This document shows, piece after piece, positions 1-11,405 of a stretch of 64,000 nucleotides of DNA. The position numbers and the translations under genes are program-made. Source of the DNA: Octopus vulgaris (lineage: Eukaryota); NCBI GenBank assembly GCA_951406725.2, contig OX597838.1, positions 27,652,001 to 27,716,000 of the forward strand, in the 5' to 3' direction. Position 1 is the stretch's first letter, and each line of letters opens with the position of its first letter. Below the pieces are notes generated by a model that ran no database searches, had not been told where the DNA came from, and saw only the letters and a program-made list of their open reading frames with translations.

Positions 1-179
1 CTCGGTAAACTTCCCGTACATAACTCGTGCTTCATTTATTAATCCTGTAGTGATGAAAGGTAAATGTATTCAGTGTACACATGGATGACATAAAACACTG
101 CACAGTGACCCCACAACCACCACCACTAAATCTCTCTCCAATCAGGAATGAACCTGTGTCTGTACTGTCTGAGTTCACT

Positions 180-640
180 GATTGGATGAATTTGACATTG
201 ATGAACTTTGGTGATTGGTTGAGATTGACTGTGACTGCAGTGGTTTGTTGTGATTAATTGTGAATGGTTGAGATTGACTTTGATGCTTGGTTAGATTAAT
301 TGTAATTAACTGCTGTGATTGACTATAATTCACCATGGTTTGGTTGAGAGTGATTATGACTAATTTCAGTGATTAGTTGAAATTCATTGTGATTAGTTTC
401 AGTGATTGACTGTGATTGATTGCGATTAACTTCGGTGTTTGATCATGATTGATTGTGATTAATTTAAGTAATTGGTTAAAGTTTGTGTTTCACTTCAGTG
501 ATTTAGTTGCGATTGACTGCAGTTAAGCTTAGAAATTGCTTGAGATTGATAATGATTAGCTTTGGTAAATGACTGTAATTAACTTCAGTGACTAGATGAG
601 ATTGACTGTGATTGGCTGAGATTAATTGTGCTTAACTTTG
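180..640. repeat. Degenerate minisatellite (GATTGACTGT / GATTAACTTCAGT-type units)
   Basis: Recurrent tgatt(g/a) motifs about every 10-12 nt, with a higher-order unit of roughly 30-35 nt. Confidence 0.65.
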
Positions 641-1014
641 GACCTCCCTCAAGGACTTAGTATTAGTTTCGTTAAAAAATCTGAATTCCTTTTAACAGCT
701 GAAAGTAGTTTGTATGAAAACTTTTTAATGATGGTGAGTCATTAGACTGGAGTTTTTGTAAGTCAATAATCTTAATGATAATGACTCATTAGACATGAGT
801 TTTTGTAAGTCAATATTCTTCTGCAACACTAATTAGTAATCTGGGTTGTGGCAGCAGTGTTAACAATACTTTGGTAATTAATGTTTGTTGGTCAAAGCGG
901 TGTTGTTCTATGGCTAGTACAACTGTTGTGGGATTTGAACCCATGGTGTATTTCCCTTAAGGGCCAGCATTTTTTTAAAGATACAGACACTACTACACAT
1001 TGTATTGCTAAGCA

Positions 1015-1545
1015 TCTCTCTCTCTCTCTCCCTCTCTGCCACTTGCTTTGTCCATCTGTTTCTCTCCCCCCCTCTCTCTCTCCCACTTGCTTTGTCTGTT
1101 TCTTCATCCATCTTTCTCTTTGTCCATCTGTTTCTCTATTCATTTTTCTCTCCCTTCCTTCTCTCTGTTTCTTTTTTTTTCTCTCTCTCTCACTCACATC
1201 CCTTTCTTTCTCTCTCTCTCTCTCTCCCTCTTCCCTGCCCTCTCAGTCTCTCTCTCCCTTTCTGTCCTTTCTCTCTGTCCCTTGCTGTCCCCTTCTCTTT
1301 CTCCATCTCTCTCTCTCTCTCACTCACACCCCTTTCTCTCTCCCTCTTCCCTGCCCTCTCTGTCTCTCTCCCTTTCTGTCCTTTCTCTCTGTCCCTTGTT
1401 GTCCCCTTCTCTTTCTCCATCTGTTTTTCTATCCATCTCGCCTTCTCCTTTCTCTTGCTCTACCTCCTTCCCCTGTCCCCCTCCTCATGCCTTTCACTCT
1501 CTCTCTCATACCCTCACACACATTCACTCCCCCCCCCGTCCACCC
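1015..1545. repeat. CT-rich polypyrimidine low-complexity tract
   Basis: Mostly C/T on +, with an internal duplication (1250-1310 vs 1365-1420). Confidence 0.9.
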
Positions 1546-2639
1546 TTCTCTGTTATCTGCAAGAAATACAAATCCCAAGAACCAGATATTCAAACTATCC
1601 CATTGTTCGGAACCAAACAGTATTTTGATCTCATAGGATCAACGTTCAGGAAATAAGCTCCAGCAACAGTGAAAACCCTGACCGGTGATGGGGCAGCCAC
1701 GTTTCCTTATGTAACTTAGACAAATCTTCGGTTTGTCTTTATGTGGTTAAGATTCAACTTGACGACAAACTGACTACACTTTTTTTTCCTTCCTCCTCCC
1801 CATTTTCTTCTTCCTTTTCTTTCCTTTTCCGTTCCTCTTCCTCCCCCCCGCCTCCTCCTCCTCCCTTCTGTGGGTTGTATTTACAAAAATATACCATCAT
1901 AAATGTCAGTGTTTATAATTTGATAATGCCATTCAAATGTATTAGTAAATATCACAACCGAGAAATTGCTTTGAAGCACGTCTGGCTCTCTGTGAATGAC
2001 TACGATGACAACAACAACAATAACAACAGCAACATCACTAGGCAGAGGAGACGATGTTCACCTCCCTTTCCCTCCAATACTTTCAAGGTTTTCTAATATT
2101 TTTTTAATTATTTATTTATTTTCTTATTTTGTTTTTTTTACTTGCTTTAGTCATTGGACTGCAGCCATGCAGCGACCCCCACCTTGAAGGGTTTTAGGTC
2201 GAACATGTTTCGTTGCCAGTATCTGCTTTCTGAGACTGGTACTTAGTCTTATCAATTCTTTTGCTGAGCTGCTAAGTTACAACTGGGATGTAAACAAACC
2301 AAACACCTGTTGTCAAGTGGTGGTTGCAGACAAACACAAAAACATGCATATATCATCATCATCATCATCATCATTTACTGTCTGCTCTCCATGCTGGCAT
2401 GGGTTGGACAGTTTGACTGGAGCTGATGAGCCGGAGAGCTGCAGCAGGTTCCCGTCTGATCTAGCATGGTTTCTATAGCTGGATGCCCTTCATCACGCCA
2501 ACCCCTCCAAGAGTGTAATGGGTGCTTTTACATGCCACCGGCATGGGTGTCATTTACCTGACGCCTGCCAACGACTACGATTCACGGGTAGGTGCCATTT
2601 ACATAGCACCAGCAACAACCACAACTACAGTGTACGATG

Positions 2640-2975
2640 AGTCCCCCTTTGGTCATGACACAGACCATGGGATTGCACCTAGAAAGTTACCCTCCCAGGC
2701 ACAAGTCCGCGCAAGGTTGTTTATGGAAGACCAGCAGTCGCCCATGCATACCGGCCTCCTCTTCTCTCCATGCCACCAGTGTTATCCAAAGGAAAGGCAA
2801 AGGGGCCGATACAGCTTGGCACATGTGACGTCGCAACTCATTTCTACAGCTGAGTGAACTGGAGCAACGTGAAATAAAGTGTCTTGCTCAAGAACACAAC
2901 ATGCAGCCCGGTCTGGGATTCGAGCTCACAACCTCACGATTGCAAGCCCGACGCTCTAACCACTGAGGCATGCAT
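2640..2975 (-). mobile_element. tRNA/CORE-type SINE family D
   Basis: Minus strand has a tRNA head (cagtggttagagcg...cgaatccc) and CORE-like gtgttcttgagcaagacacttta. Second copy at ~31860-32190. A related head lies on + at ~3047-3360. Confidence 0.8.
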
Positions 2976-3004
2976 ATACATATATATATATAAACTATAT
3001 ATGT

Positions 3005-3043
<39 letters not shown>

Positions 3044-4055
3044 GTGAAGGCGCGTGGCTTAGTGGTTAGGGTGTTTGGTTATGATCGTAAGGCCATGTGT
3101 TCAATACCTGGTGGCACATTGTGATCTTGAGCAAGACGCTTTATTTCACATTGCCCCAGTCCACTCATCTGGCAAATATGAGTTATACCTGTAATATTCA
3201 AAGGGCCAGCCTTGTCGCATTCTGTATCACGCTGAATCTCCCTGAGAACTACATTAAGGGTATGTGCGTATGTGGAGTATTCAGCCACACAAGCAGAAGA
3301 CTGTCCCATTGATCGGATCACTTGGAACTCTTTGTTGTTGTAACCAATGGAGCACCACTTATAAATCCATGCGTATAAGTTGGGCTTCCCCATGGTTTCC
3401 ATCTGCCAGATTCACTCATAAGGCATTAGTCTGCCCAGGGCTATACTAGAAGACACTTGCCCAAGTTGCTGAGCTGTGGGTTTGAACCCAACACCACCTG
3501 GTTGCAAAACAAGCTTCGAAAGCACACAACTGATAGTTTTGAAAATACTAAAGACTTTCAGTGAGATAACCTTTTTCATTATGAAACTGATGTCCAGAAC
3601 ATAAAATTAAGACAAAATCTTTATGGAATATTTTAATTATGATCATTTTTTTAAAAAATAAGGTTTATTATACCATAAAACCAAAAGCGTTTTTTTTTCT
3701 CCCTCTTCTCCACTCCCCCTCTCTTTCGCTCTCCCTCTTCAATTTCTCCAACTCTCTTTACTCCACCTTTCTCTCTTCTACTTCCTCTCTTCTCCAAGTC
3801 TCTCTTCACCTCTTTCTCGCTACTCCGTATCTCTTCTCCATCTCTCTCTCTCCCTCCCTCTAGGCTGATTGGTGTCAAAAGTATTGAATATTATTCTTCA
3901 GGAAATCATTGGCACTCATGGTTAGATGCATATAAAACATGTTTTATGCTAATCACCTGATTCTTGGCGAATTTGTTGCAAAAGTACAGAAGGGGATTAT
4001 CACAATTTTAGGGAACTTTTTCTTTGTATCAATTGACATAATAAAAAAAAAACAC

Positions 4056-4210
4056 GAGTGGCTGTGTGGTAAGCAGCTTGCTTACCAACCACATGGTTCC
4101 GGGTTCAGTCCCACTGCATGGCACCTTGGGCAAGTGTCCTCTGCTATAGCCCCAGGCCGACCAAAGCCTTGTGAGTGGATTTGGTAGACGGAAACTGAAA
4201 GAAGCCCATC

Positions 4211-4270
<60 letters not shown>

Positions 4271-4492
4271 GTGTGCGTGTATGTTTGTGTCTGTGTTTGT
4301 CCCCCTAGCATTGCTTGACAACCAATGCTGGTGTGTTTATGTCCCCGTCACTTAGCGGTTCGGCAAAAGAGACCGATAGAATAAGTACTGGGCTTACAAA
4401 GAATAAGTCCTGGGGGTCGAGTTGCTTGATTAAAGGCGGTGCTCCAGCATGGCCCGCAGTCAAATGACTGAAACAAGTAAAAGATAAAAGAA
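4056..4492 (+). mobile_element. SINE family A copy
   Basis: Collinear with 28784-29192. Confidence 0.85.
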
Positions 4493-5104
4493 GATTTTTT
4501 TTTTTTTTTTTTTGCTTTTCTACTGTCAGTTTAATTTTAAAAGGGGAAAGCCCTCCCCCCACTGGTCTGAATTTGCCAATTTGTCATCAGGGTTTAATCA
4601 ATCTTTGTTCTGATTAGCCACATCTTTTCTTCGAATGCCTGGCAGGATTGAAAAAAACTAACAACTAACAGAAGGAAAGTGGCTTGGAATTTCAGTATTT
4701 TTCATTAGAGATTAAAACCAAATATGTTACAATTATTGTTTCAAAGCCCCTACACACACCCACCGACCCACCCACACATGCGCGCACACATTTGGAAAAG
4801 CACAAGGCAACAACGGTTATTGATTTGTCTTGAAATTGGCCTGGATTGATGTCACCAGAACCGTTTCATTTGATTGCCAGATTTATCTGGAAGATGTCAT
4901 TAAGAAATCTCTGTTGGAATAAAGGCACAAAATCTCAGTGGAATATATTGGAATACACTGGAATATATTTCCGCTGGTAATCAATCTATCTTGGAGGATC
5001 TGTTCATCATAGTAATCTGTTAAAGTACTTTGCCCCCTTTTTTTTTTTTTCTTTTGTCCATTATTTTATCATTTCAATTAAAGCTGCCGGTGTATGTCTG
5101 TGTA

Positions 5105-5630
5105 TGTCTCTCTCTCTCTTCCCTCATTTTCTCTTTCCTTCCTTTTCTCTCTCCTTCCTTTTTTCTCTCTCTTTCCTTTTCTTTCTTCCTTCTCTCTCCT
5201 CTTTCTTTTCTCTCTCTCTCCTTTTCTCTCTCCCCCTCCTTTTCTCTCTCCCTCTCCTTTTCTCTCTCTCCTTTTCTCTCTCCTTCCTTTCTCTCTCCTT
5301 CCTTCTTCTCTCTCTCCTTCCTTTTCTCTCTCTCCCCCTCCTTTTCTCTCTCCTTCCTTCTCTCTCTCCCTCTTCTCCTTCCTTCTCTCTCTCCCCTTCT
5401 CCTTCCTTCTCTCTCTCCTTCCTTTTCTCTCTCTCTCCTTCCTTCTCTCTCTCCCTCCTTTTCTCTCTCCCCTCCTTTTCTCTCTCACCCTCCTTTTCTC
5501 TCTCCCTCCTTTTCTCTCCTCTCTCTCCCTACTTCTGCTTCTCAATTTCACTGTCCCTGCTATCGACTTTCAATTCTTCTCTTAGCTCTCCCTGTATCTC
5601 TCTTTTACTCCCTCTCCCCCCTCTCTCTCT
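5105..5630. repeat. CT-rich polypyrimidine tract (CCTTTTCTCTCT-type units)
   Basis: About 400 nt almost free of purines, followed by a more mixed CT-rich tail. Confidence 0.9.
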
Positions 5631-5860
5631 ATACAATGTCAAGCGTTACTGTAGAAACCATCCAAGCAACATTATTTACACCAGCTTTTATTATACAGAG
5701 TGGTTATTATAAAAGCAGCGAGCTAGCAGAATCATTAGCACACAAGACAAAATGCTTAGTGGCATTTCTTCTGGTTTTATGTTCTGAGTTCAAATATCAC
5801 CAAGGTCGATTGGTCTTCTGTTCTTTCTCTGCTGCCAAAATTTCAGGCCTTGTTCCTATA

Positions 5861-6037
5861 TCTATCTATCCGCTCAGTCGAAGTCGACTCTCCGTTACTT
5901 GTTGGATCAGTGTCCTCCAGTCAGTTCTATCCTGGGCCGTTTCTTTCAGATTAGCTATGTCCATTCCGGTATCCCTCTTGATGGTGTCAAGCCAGCGGGT
6001 TCTTGGTTGGCCTCTTCCTCTCTTGCCAATGACCATG
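5861..6037 (-). mobile_element. RTE/BovB-like LINE 3' end, 5'-truncated
   Basis: Minus strand reads MVIGKRGRGQPRTRWLDTIKRDTGMDIANLKETAQDRTDWRTLIQQVTESRLRLSG*, the typical RTE C-terminus. (GATA)n tail. TSD GT(T/G)CCTATA at 5852-5860 and 6038-6046, inside a SINE tail. Confidence 0.85.
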
Positions 6038-6504
6038 GTGCCTATAGTAGAAAGAATTATTATATAGAGATATATGTATGAATGTATGTGTATATCAGCA
6101 TCATTTAATGTTGTCCGTGCTAGCGTGGGCTGGATGGGTTGGCTAGGGTTGGTAAGCTGAGGGGCTGCACCAGAGTTCAGTCTGATTTGGCATGGTTTCT
6201 ACAGCTGGATGCCCTTCCTAACACCAACTGCTTTGAAAGTGTAATGGGTACTTTTACATGCCAGCAGCACATAAGTATAAACTGCTGTAAACATATCCAT
6301 AAACACACAATGTGTGTGTGTGTGTGTGATTTTATGTTTGTGTATGTATATATATATATATAGATAGATAGATAGATGTGTGTGTGTGTGAACTCTCTAT
6401 CTTTCTATTTATCTATATATCTATATATATATATATATATATAGATAGATAGATAAATAGATGTGTGTGTGTGTGTACTCTCTATCTTTCTATTTATCTA
6501 TATA

Positions 6505-6538
<34 letters not shown>

Positions 6539-6605
6539 TAGATAAATAGATGTGTGTGTGTGTGTACTCTCTATCTATCTCTCTCTCTCTATATATATAT
6601 ATATA

Positions 6606-6787
6606 CCGGAGTAAACACATAAATGTGAAACAGGGTGGAAAAAAGAGTACTCAAATACCAGTGGTAGAGTAATATGCTTTATTTAAAGCAGCAGAAAATT
6701 CAACAAAACCTGTTACTCTGAGTTTCACGTTGCAACGTGAAACTCAGAGTAACAGGTTTTGTTGAATTTTCTCCTGCTTTAAATAAA

Positions 6788-6790
<3 letters not shown>
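6606..6790. mobile_element. Spacer-less palindromic insertion with a half hammerhead (probable inverted PLE pLTR fragment)
   Basis: 6677-6732 and 6733-6788 are reverse complements (55/56 nt). GAAACTCAGAGTA at 6739-6751 is a hammerhead 3' half. A unique tail (6606-6676) is on one side. Embedded in (TA)n. Confidence 0.7.
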
Positions 6791-6847
<57 letters not shown>

Positions 6848-8245
6848 GTGTGTGTGAACTCTCTATCTATATATATGTATATAGATAGATAGATAGATAG
6901 ATAGCTGTGTGTGTGAACTCTCTATTGATTTTATATGTATATGTTGATTGTAAGAGAAAGTGAACTCATTCATACAAATAATGACATTTGTTTGCAGTCC
7001 TCTGTGAAAACATGTCCTGTCTGTTTGTTGTTGAATAGACAAGGAGAAATATATGAATATGTTGCTTAAAAATGGGTGATGAGCATTCAGTCCAGCTGTT
7101 GAAAATTCTATCTCAACCGAGTCTCATTTGATCCGTGCCAGCCTGGAAAAGTAGGCATTAGCCCTTTAGGATTTCAACTGGTCCATGTCCGGCCCAAATA
7201 TCTTACCTGTTTTACGCTCAGACTTGACCCAGTTTCTCACATCTGCGCTTACAATGTCGTTTTGAAAATATACAATCACGTCATCAAAATCTCAAAGCTG
7301 CAAGTTGATGCATGATCGATTCAAAATGTGGAAAAAGAAGAAAAAAGAAAAAGAAGAAAAAGAATTCCATTTGACTAAAGAGTTCAAATAGGAATGGTCA
7401 CATGATGATGATGATGAAGAAGACGGTGATGACAACTTCAATGCTTTATGCCTAATTAGCAAATTATTTTAGTGCCAAAATAAAATATAGCGCCCTTTTG
7501 AAAAGTGAAATACGAAAAATACATTAATTACGCATATTTTCAGACAATCTTGTAAATAAATATCTCTGGTGTTGGCGAGTGAGGCTTGTAGTTTTACTTA
7601 TCTTTATTTTTGTTTTACATCAACAAAACTAATGTATGATATTATTAGATAACTTGATTTCGCAACTAGTCATATTAAATTCTGCAGTATTTCTGTTATT
7701 TCTATTCCTGCTTGACTCTGAGCTGTGCACTTAATCAAATGGAAGAGCTGTCAGTGTTAGTAACGTTTCAGAAACTACCAACGGTGATCCCTACAGCTAC
7801 AGCTAGATTTTTAAGTAACACTGGCACCAGAAGAAAATTACCCCGAATAATAATAATTATTATTATATTATTTTTATGGATGGTTTTAAAATTTTGACAC
7901 AAGGCCAGCAATCTCCATCCTCCAGTGTTCAACTAGTAATTGTTTTATCAAACACACACTCTTTTTCCCCTGAAAGGATGAAAGGCGAAGTCAATCTCAG
8001 CAGAATTTGAACTCAGACAGTAAAGGCTGACGAAATGCTACTAAGCATTGCCACAAGAGCAGCTTGGAGGAGGGGATTAAGTCGATTGCACTGACCCCAG
8101 TGCATAACTGGTATTTATTTTATTGACCCTGAAAGGATGAAAGGCGAAGTCAACCTCAGTAGAATTTGAACTCAGACAGTAATGGCTGACGAAATGCTAC
8201 TAAGCATTTTGCCCAGCATGCTAATGAGTCTGCCAGCTCACCACT

Positions 8246-8280
<35 letters not shown>

Positions 8281-8887
8281 TAATTCTTTTTATTGGCCAC
8301 AAGGGCTGACAAACATGATTGGAAAACATAAAGGGACAAAACAGGACGAAAGGTTACAAAAGGTTTTGTCCGTTTTTCGAAAGAAAAAAGTCTGTGTAAA
8401 CAAGCTTTACAACAACGAAAATAATAATAATTAATTTCAAATTTTTGCCACAAGAGCAGCTTGGAGGAGGGGATTAAGTCGATTGCACTGAACCCAGTGT
8501 ATAACTGGTATTTATTTTATTGACCCTGAAAGGATGAAAGGCGAAGTCGACCTCAGTAGAATTTGAACTCAGAACTTAAAAACGGACAAAATGCCATGAA
8601 GCATTTTGCCCAGAATAATAATAAGGAGCACTCTTTTTTGTTTTGTTATGTTCAAGCTTGGTCGTGTGGTTTAGAACTTTGCTTCCCAACCATATGGTTT
8701 TGGGTTCAGTCCCACTGTGTGGTGCTTTGAGCAAGCATTTTCTACTAAAACTGCAGACTGACCAAAACCTTATAAGTAGATTTGATTGACAGAAACTGGA
8801 AGAAGCCCATCGTGCATGTGTGTATGTATGCACATGTGTGTGTATACATGTCCTGATGTCCATGTGATGGTTATAAGCAAACACCAC

Positions 8888-9121
8888 CAAAGTGGCGAGC
8901 TGGCAGAAACGTTAGCACACCGGGCGAAATGCTTACCGGTATTTCATCTGCCGTTACATTCTGAGTTCAAATTTCACCGAGGTCGACTTTGTCTTTCATC
9001 CTTTCGGGGTCGATTAAATAAGTACCTTATACGCACTGGGGTCGATGTAATCGACTTAATCCGTTTGTCTGTCCTTGTTTGTCCCCTCTGTGTTTAGCCC
9101 CTTGTGGGTAGTAAAGAAATA
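8888..9121 (+). mobile_element. tRNA-derived SINE family B with 16-bp TSD
   Basis: Head ggcgagctggcagaaacgttagc...gagttcaaatt and central ctttcatcctttcggggtcgat. TATAAGCAAACACCAC is duplicated at 8872-8887 and 9122-9137. Other copies at ~5717-5850, 7900-8615 (-), 34404-34620, 40321-40548 and 59103-59333 (-). Confidence 0.87.
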
Positions 9122-9487
9122 TATAAGCAAACACCACTGTCATTTTCAGTCCCTTGTCTCGGTTACGAACGAAATATTACCTTGTTTGGAAACAGTTAAG
9201 GGTTGACTATAGGAAGGACATCTTGTCTCAGAAAATTTGCTTCATAAAATTCCATCTGATCCATACAAACACCAAGAAATAGACCCTAAAGCTCTGGTGA
9301 TGATGATGTTTGTAGAGTGTGATTTGAGGGAATTTGCCTGCTATTTCTAGCTGATAAAAGGCTCACTCAGGTTTATCTGGTGATGAGTTATGTCCTGTTG
9401 TTTGGATTCTGTGGACTATTTTTGTTATTTGTCTTTATTTGTAATTGACTTACATGAAGGATAATCAAATAAAATAATAATGTTCTT

Positions 9488-9944
9488 ACATTTGATGGAT
9501 ATTTGTCCTCATCTTGTTTTTTGTTAACACAACGTTTCAGCTGATATACCCTCCAGCCGTCATCATGTGTCTTGGGGAAATTTCAAACCTGGGTTCTCAT
9601 TCCTAAGGTATTTTTTGATATTATTATTATTATCATCATCATTGTCGTCGTCGTCGTCATCATTCAGATCACTACCTGGAATCGAACTCGGAATCTTGGG
9701 GTTAGTAGCCATATAGCATAGTGATTAAGAGCGTGGGCTACTAACCCCAAGATTCCGAGTTTGATTCTAGGTAGTGACCTGAATAATAATAATAGTAATA
9801 ATGATAATAATATTGAAAAATACCTTAGGAATGAGAACCCAGGTTCGAAATTTCCCCAAGATACCTGATGAAGGCTGGTGGGTGTATCAGCCGACATGTA
9901 GTGTTAACAACAAACAAGACGAGGACAAATATCCGTCAAATGTA
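9488..9944. mobile_element. Fold-back non-autonomous element with tRNA-like head and minimal hammerhead, 12-bp TSD
   Basis: Arms 9488-9710 and 9736-9943 are imperfect reverse complements. AATAATGTTCTT is duplicated at 9476-9487 and 9945-9956. tRNA-like segment at ~9708-9779. Hammerhead-like motifs at 9861-9904 (+) and 9527-9570 (-). Confidence 0.8.
9861..9904 (+). ncRNA. Degenerate minimal hammerhead ribozyme (GAAA changed to GACA)
   Basis: ATAC-CTGATGA-A-GGCTG-gtgggtgtat-CAGCC-GACA-TGTA-GTGT. The mirror copy at 9527-9570 keeps GAAACGTT but has ATGATGA in place of CTGATGA. Confidence 0.65.
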
Positions 9945-10002
9945 AATAATGTTCTTGTTTTTGTTATTGTCTCTCATTTGTTGTTTTTGTTTTATTTTCC
10001 AG

Positions 10003-10080
10003 CAATGTAAAGGCAAATATCAACGGGCAATATTATACGTATCAGGGGACGCTCTTCGAGTTGTAGATGAAATAAGCAAG
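10003..10080 (+). CDS. numb: Numb PTB-domain internal exon (QCKGKYQRAILYVSGDALRVVDEISK)
   Basis: Pyrimidine tract plus ttccAG at 10001-10002, and AAG|GTAAGG donor at 10081. 78 nt, phase 0/0. The peptide matches the Numb motif KAVLWVSADGLRVVDEKTK and joins in frame to the next exon. Confidence 0.92.
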
Positions 10081-11136
10081 GTAAGGAATCTTTTTGGTCA
10101 CTCTGGGAAAAACAAAAAAAAGAGATGCAATCCTGGCTGAGAGTAAATTAAAGACAAATTCTTCATTGACAGTCTTGCTCAGGCAGCTGGGTGAGTGGCA
10201 GTTGGATAAGTGCAACTCGGGTGAGTGTAACGGCTGAGTGGCAGCTGGTTGTATGGTAATGGGTGAGAGGTAAAGGGTGAATGACAGATAGGTAAGTGGT
10301 ATTCATAAAAAAAAATTTTTTTAAACTGTTAAATATTTAACCCTTTAGCATTTATACTGACTATATCCAGCCCAAATATTCTACTTGTTTTATGTTCAAA
10401 CCAGCCAGATCTGGCCTGTCACACCTATCCTGCAATGTCATTCTAAAGATAAACAATCACTTCATAGCTATACGATAATGCATGGCTAATTCCGTCTTCC
10501 ATGCTGGCATAGTTTGGATGGTTTGACAGGAGCTGACGAGCCAGGGGACTGAACTAGGTTCCAATCATTTCTTTTGATATGGTTTCTGTGGCTGGATGTC
10601 CTTCCTAACACCAACCACTTTACAGAAGGTGGGTACTGGATGCTTTTTAAACTGATGTTTGGAACAATGGGAATAAATAAGCATTATTATTATTATCATT
10701 ATTCTCTGGCTGGTTGCCCTTCCTAAGACCAGTCACTTGGGTCCTTCTTATGCTGCCGTTTAGAACATAAATAAATGTGGAAGTTTGATAGGGTTTAGTT
10801 TCAGTTCCTTTAAAACAGAAAGTTTATATAAAATAGACTCAAGGGTGGACTCAGATGGGTTGATAACAAAAGAATGAATTTATATGGGTGAGATATTCAC
10901 TTCCCAACCAGATGGTTTCAGGTTCAGTCCTACTGTGTGGTCCTCTGAACAGTGTATCTGCTACTACAGCCCCAGGTCAACAAAAGCTTTCTCAGCGGAT
11001 TTGGTAGACAGAAACTGAGAGAATCCTGTACCCATCATCATTGTCGTTGTTTAACGTCTCCTTCCCATCCTGGCATGGATTGGATGGTTTGATTGAGGAC
11101 TGGTAAGCCAGAAGGCTGTACCAGGCTCCAATATAA

Positions 11137-11180
<44 letters not shown>

Positions 11181-11183
<3 letters not shown>

Positions 11184-11353
11184 CACGTAAAAAGCACCCA
11201 CTACACTCACGGAGTGGTTGGCGTTAGGAAGTGCATCCAGCTGTAGAAACACTGCCAGATCAGACTGGGCCTGGCGCAGCCTTCTGGCTTTCCAGACCCC
11301 AGTTGAACCGTCCAACCCATGCTAGCATGGAAAGCGGATGTTAAACGATGATG

Positions 11354-11356
<3 letters not shown>
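11181..11356 (+). mobile_element. SINE family C 3' portion with (GAT)n tail
   Basis: tggcacgtaaaaagcaccc...ggttggcgttaggaag.gcatccagc...catgctagcatggaaa...(gat)n. Copies at 27467-27649, 43380-43753, 14150-14560 (-), 2352-2600 (-) and 18410-18710. Confidence 0.8.

Positions 11357-11405
<49 letters not shown>

Noticed and set aside
51-59. Possible 9-nt microexon (tag|TGATGAAAG|gtaaat) at the position of the Numb PTB insert
   Set aside because: It reads TGA TGA AAG in the required phase 0 and has a poor pyrimidine tract. No support without transcripts.
881-1656. Overlapping 200-250 aa S/L/F/P-rich ORFs (also 5030-6067)
   Set aside because: Polypyrimidine tracts lack stop codons in all frames, and there is no protein signature.
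9708-9779. tRNA-Ser(ACT)-like gene
   Set aside because: The acceptor stem is truncated, the arms are mismatched, and it sits inside a TSD-flanked repeat. It is treated as a SINE-type head, not a tRNA. The same applies to other SINE heads.
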